DNA of 64,000 nucleotides from Lophium mytilinum (Eukaryota): NCBI GenBank assembly GCA_010093605.1, contig MU004187.1, positions 1,248,018 to 1,312,017 of the forward strand, read 5' to 3'. Shown piece by piece: positions 63,637 to 64,000 of this stretch (position 1 is its first letter; each line of letters starts with the position of its first letter). The notes under the pieces were generated by a model. It saw only the letters and a program-made list of their open reading frames with translations, ran no database searches and was not told where the DNA came from. The position numbers and the translations under genes were made by a program.

Positions 63637-64000
63637 AACTGCTGCAAGCGAATTGGATATCTCCCCCTTCGGTTACACCACCGTTATTTCCGGTGCTAAA
63701 ACGGAAAGTCTAGATCAATTGAGTAGGCCTGCGAGTCGAGACCTGGCGCTGTTACTGATATTCGCAATGCTCCTGGAGCGGCTGAGGATGTTTTCACGCT
63801 CGAATCACAGAGGAGAGGTGTCCTCCGCCGTGTTCGCAAAGATTAGACGAAATGCGACTATACAGCTCGGACGACCGTACTCGAAGTATTTGGCGCAGAA
63901 TTACGAGAATTTGTATTTTTGGTTTTCAAAAGGCGTATTATGGTTTTGGAGCGCTTCAAGTTTGGTCTGGATCAGCATCGCACCCGCCGGATGTTGCTTG

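Overview
Gene-dense, intron-containing window from a filamentous ascomycete (Pezizomycotina-type GT/GCTAAC/YAG introns; species not determinable from the sequence). Conserved genes: RNA polymerase III largest subunit (5' truncated), PRPP synthetase, AP-1 mu adaptin, PBS2 MAPKK, an auxin-efflux-carrier-type transporter, choline kinase and a high-affinity cAMP phosphodiesterase. These are interleaved with accessory genes. The main discovery is a candidate fungal RiPP (dikaritin-type) locus at about 20.3-29.3 kb. It has two DUF3328/UstYa oxidases and a small spliced, secreted precursor (28905-29277, absent from the ORF track). The precursor carries three 24-aa repeats with a Tyr-free DADExVGNSWHE motif and no KR sites. 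Flanking genes are an aldehyde dehydrogenase, a PTH11-like membrane protein and an intronless bacterial-type GST. Other oddities: an in-frame TAG at the invariant Gln of the PDE, a frameshifted APH-type kinase, a 304-bp TA-flanked MITE, a decayed (RIP-like) gene relic, and a Gly-rich, probably acylated microprotein. All calls are from reading and translating by eye; no database searches were run, and exon boundaries are approximate.
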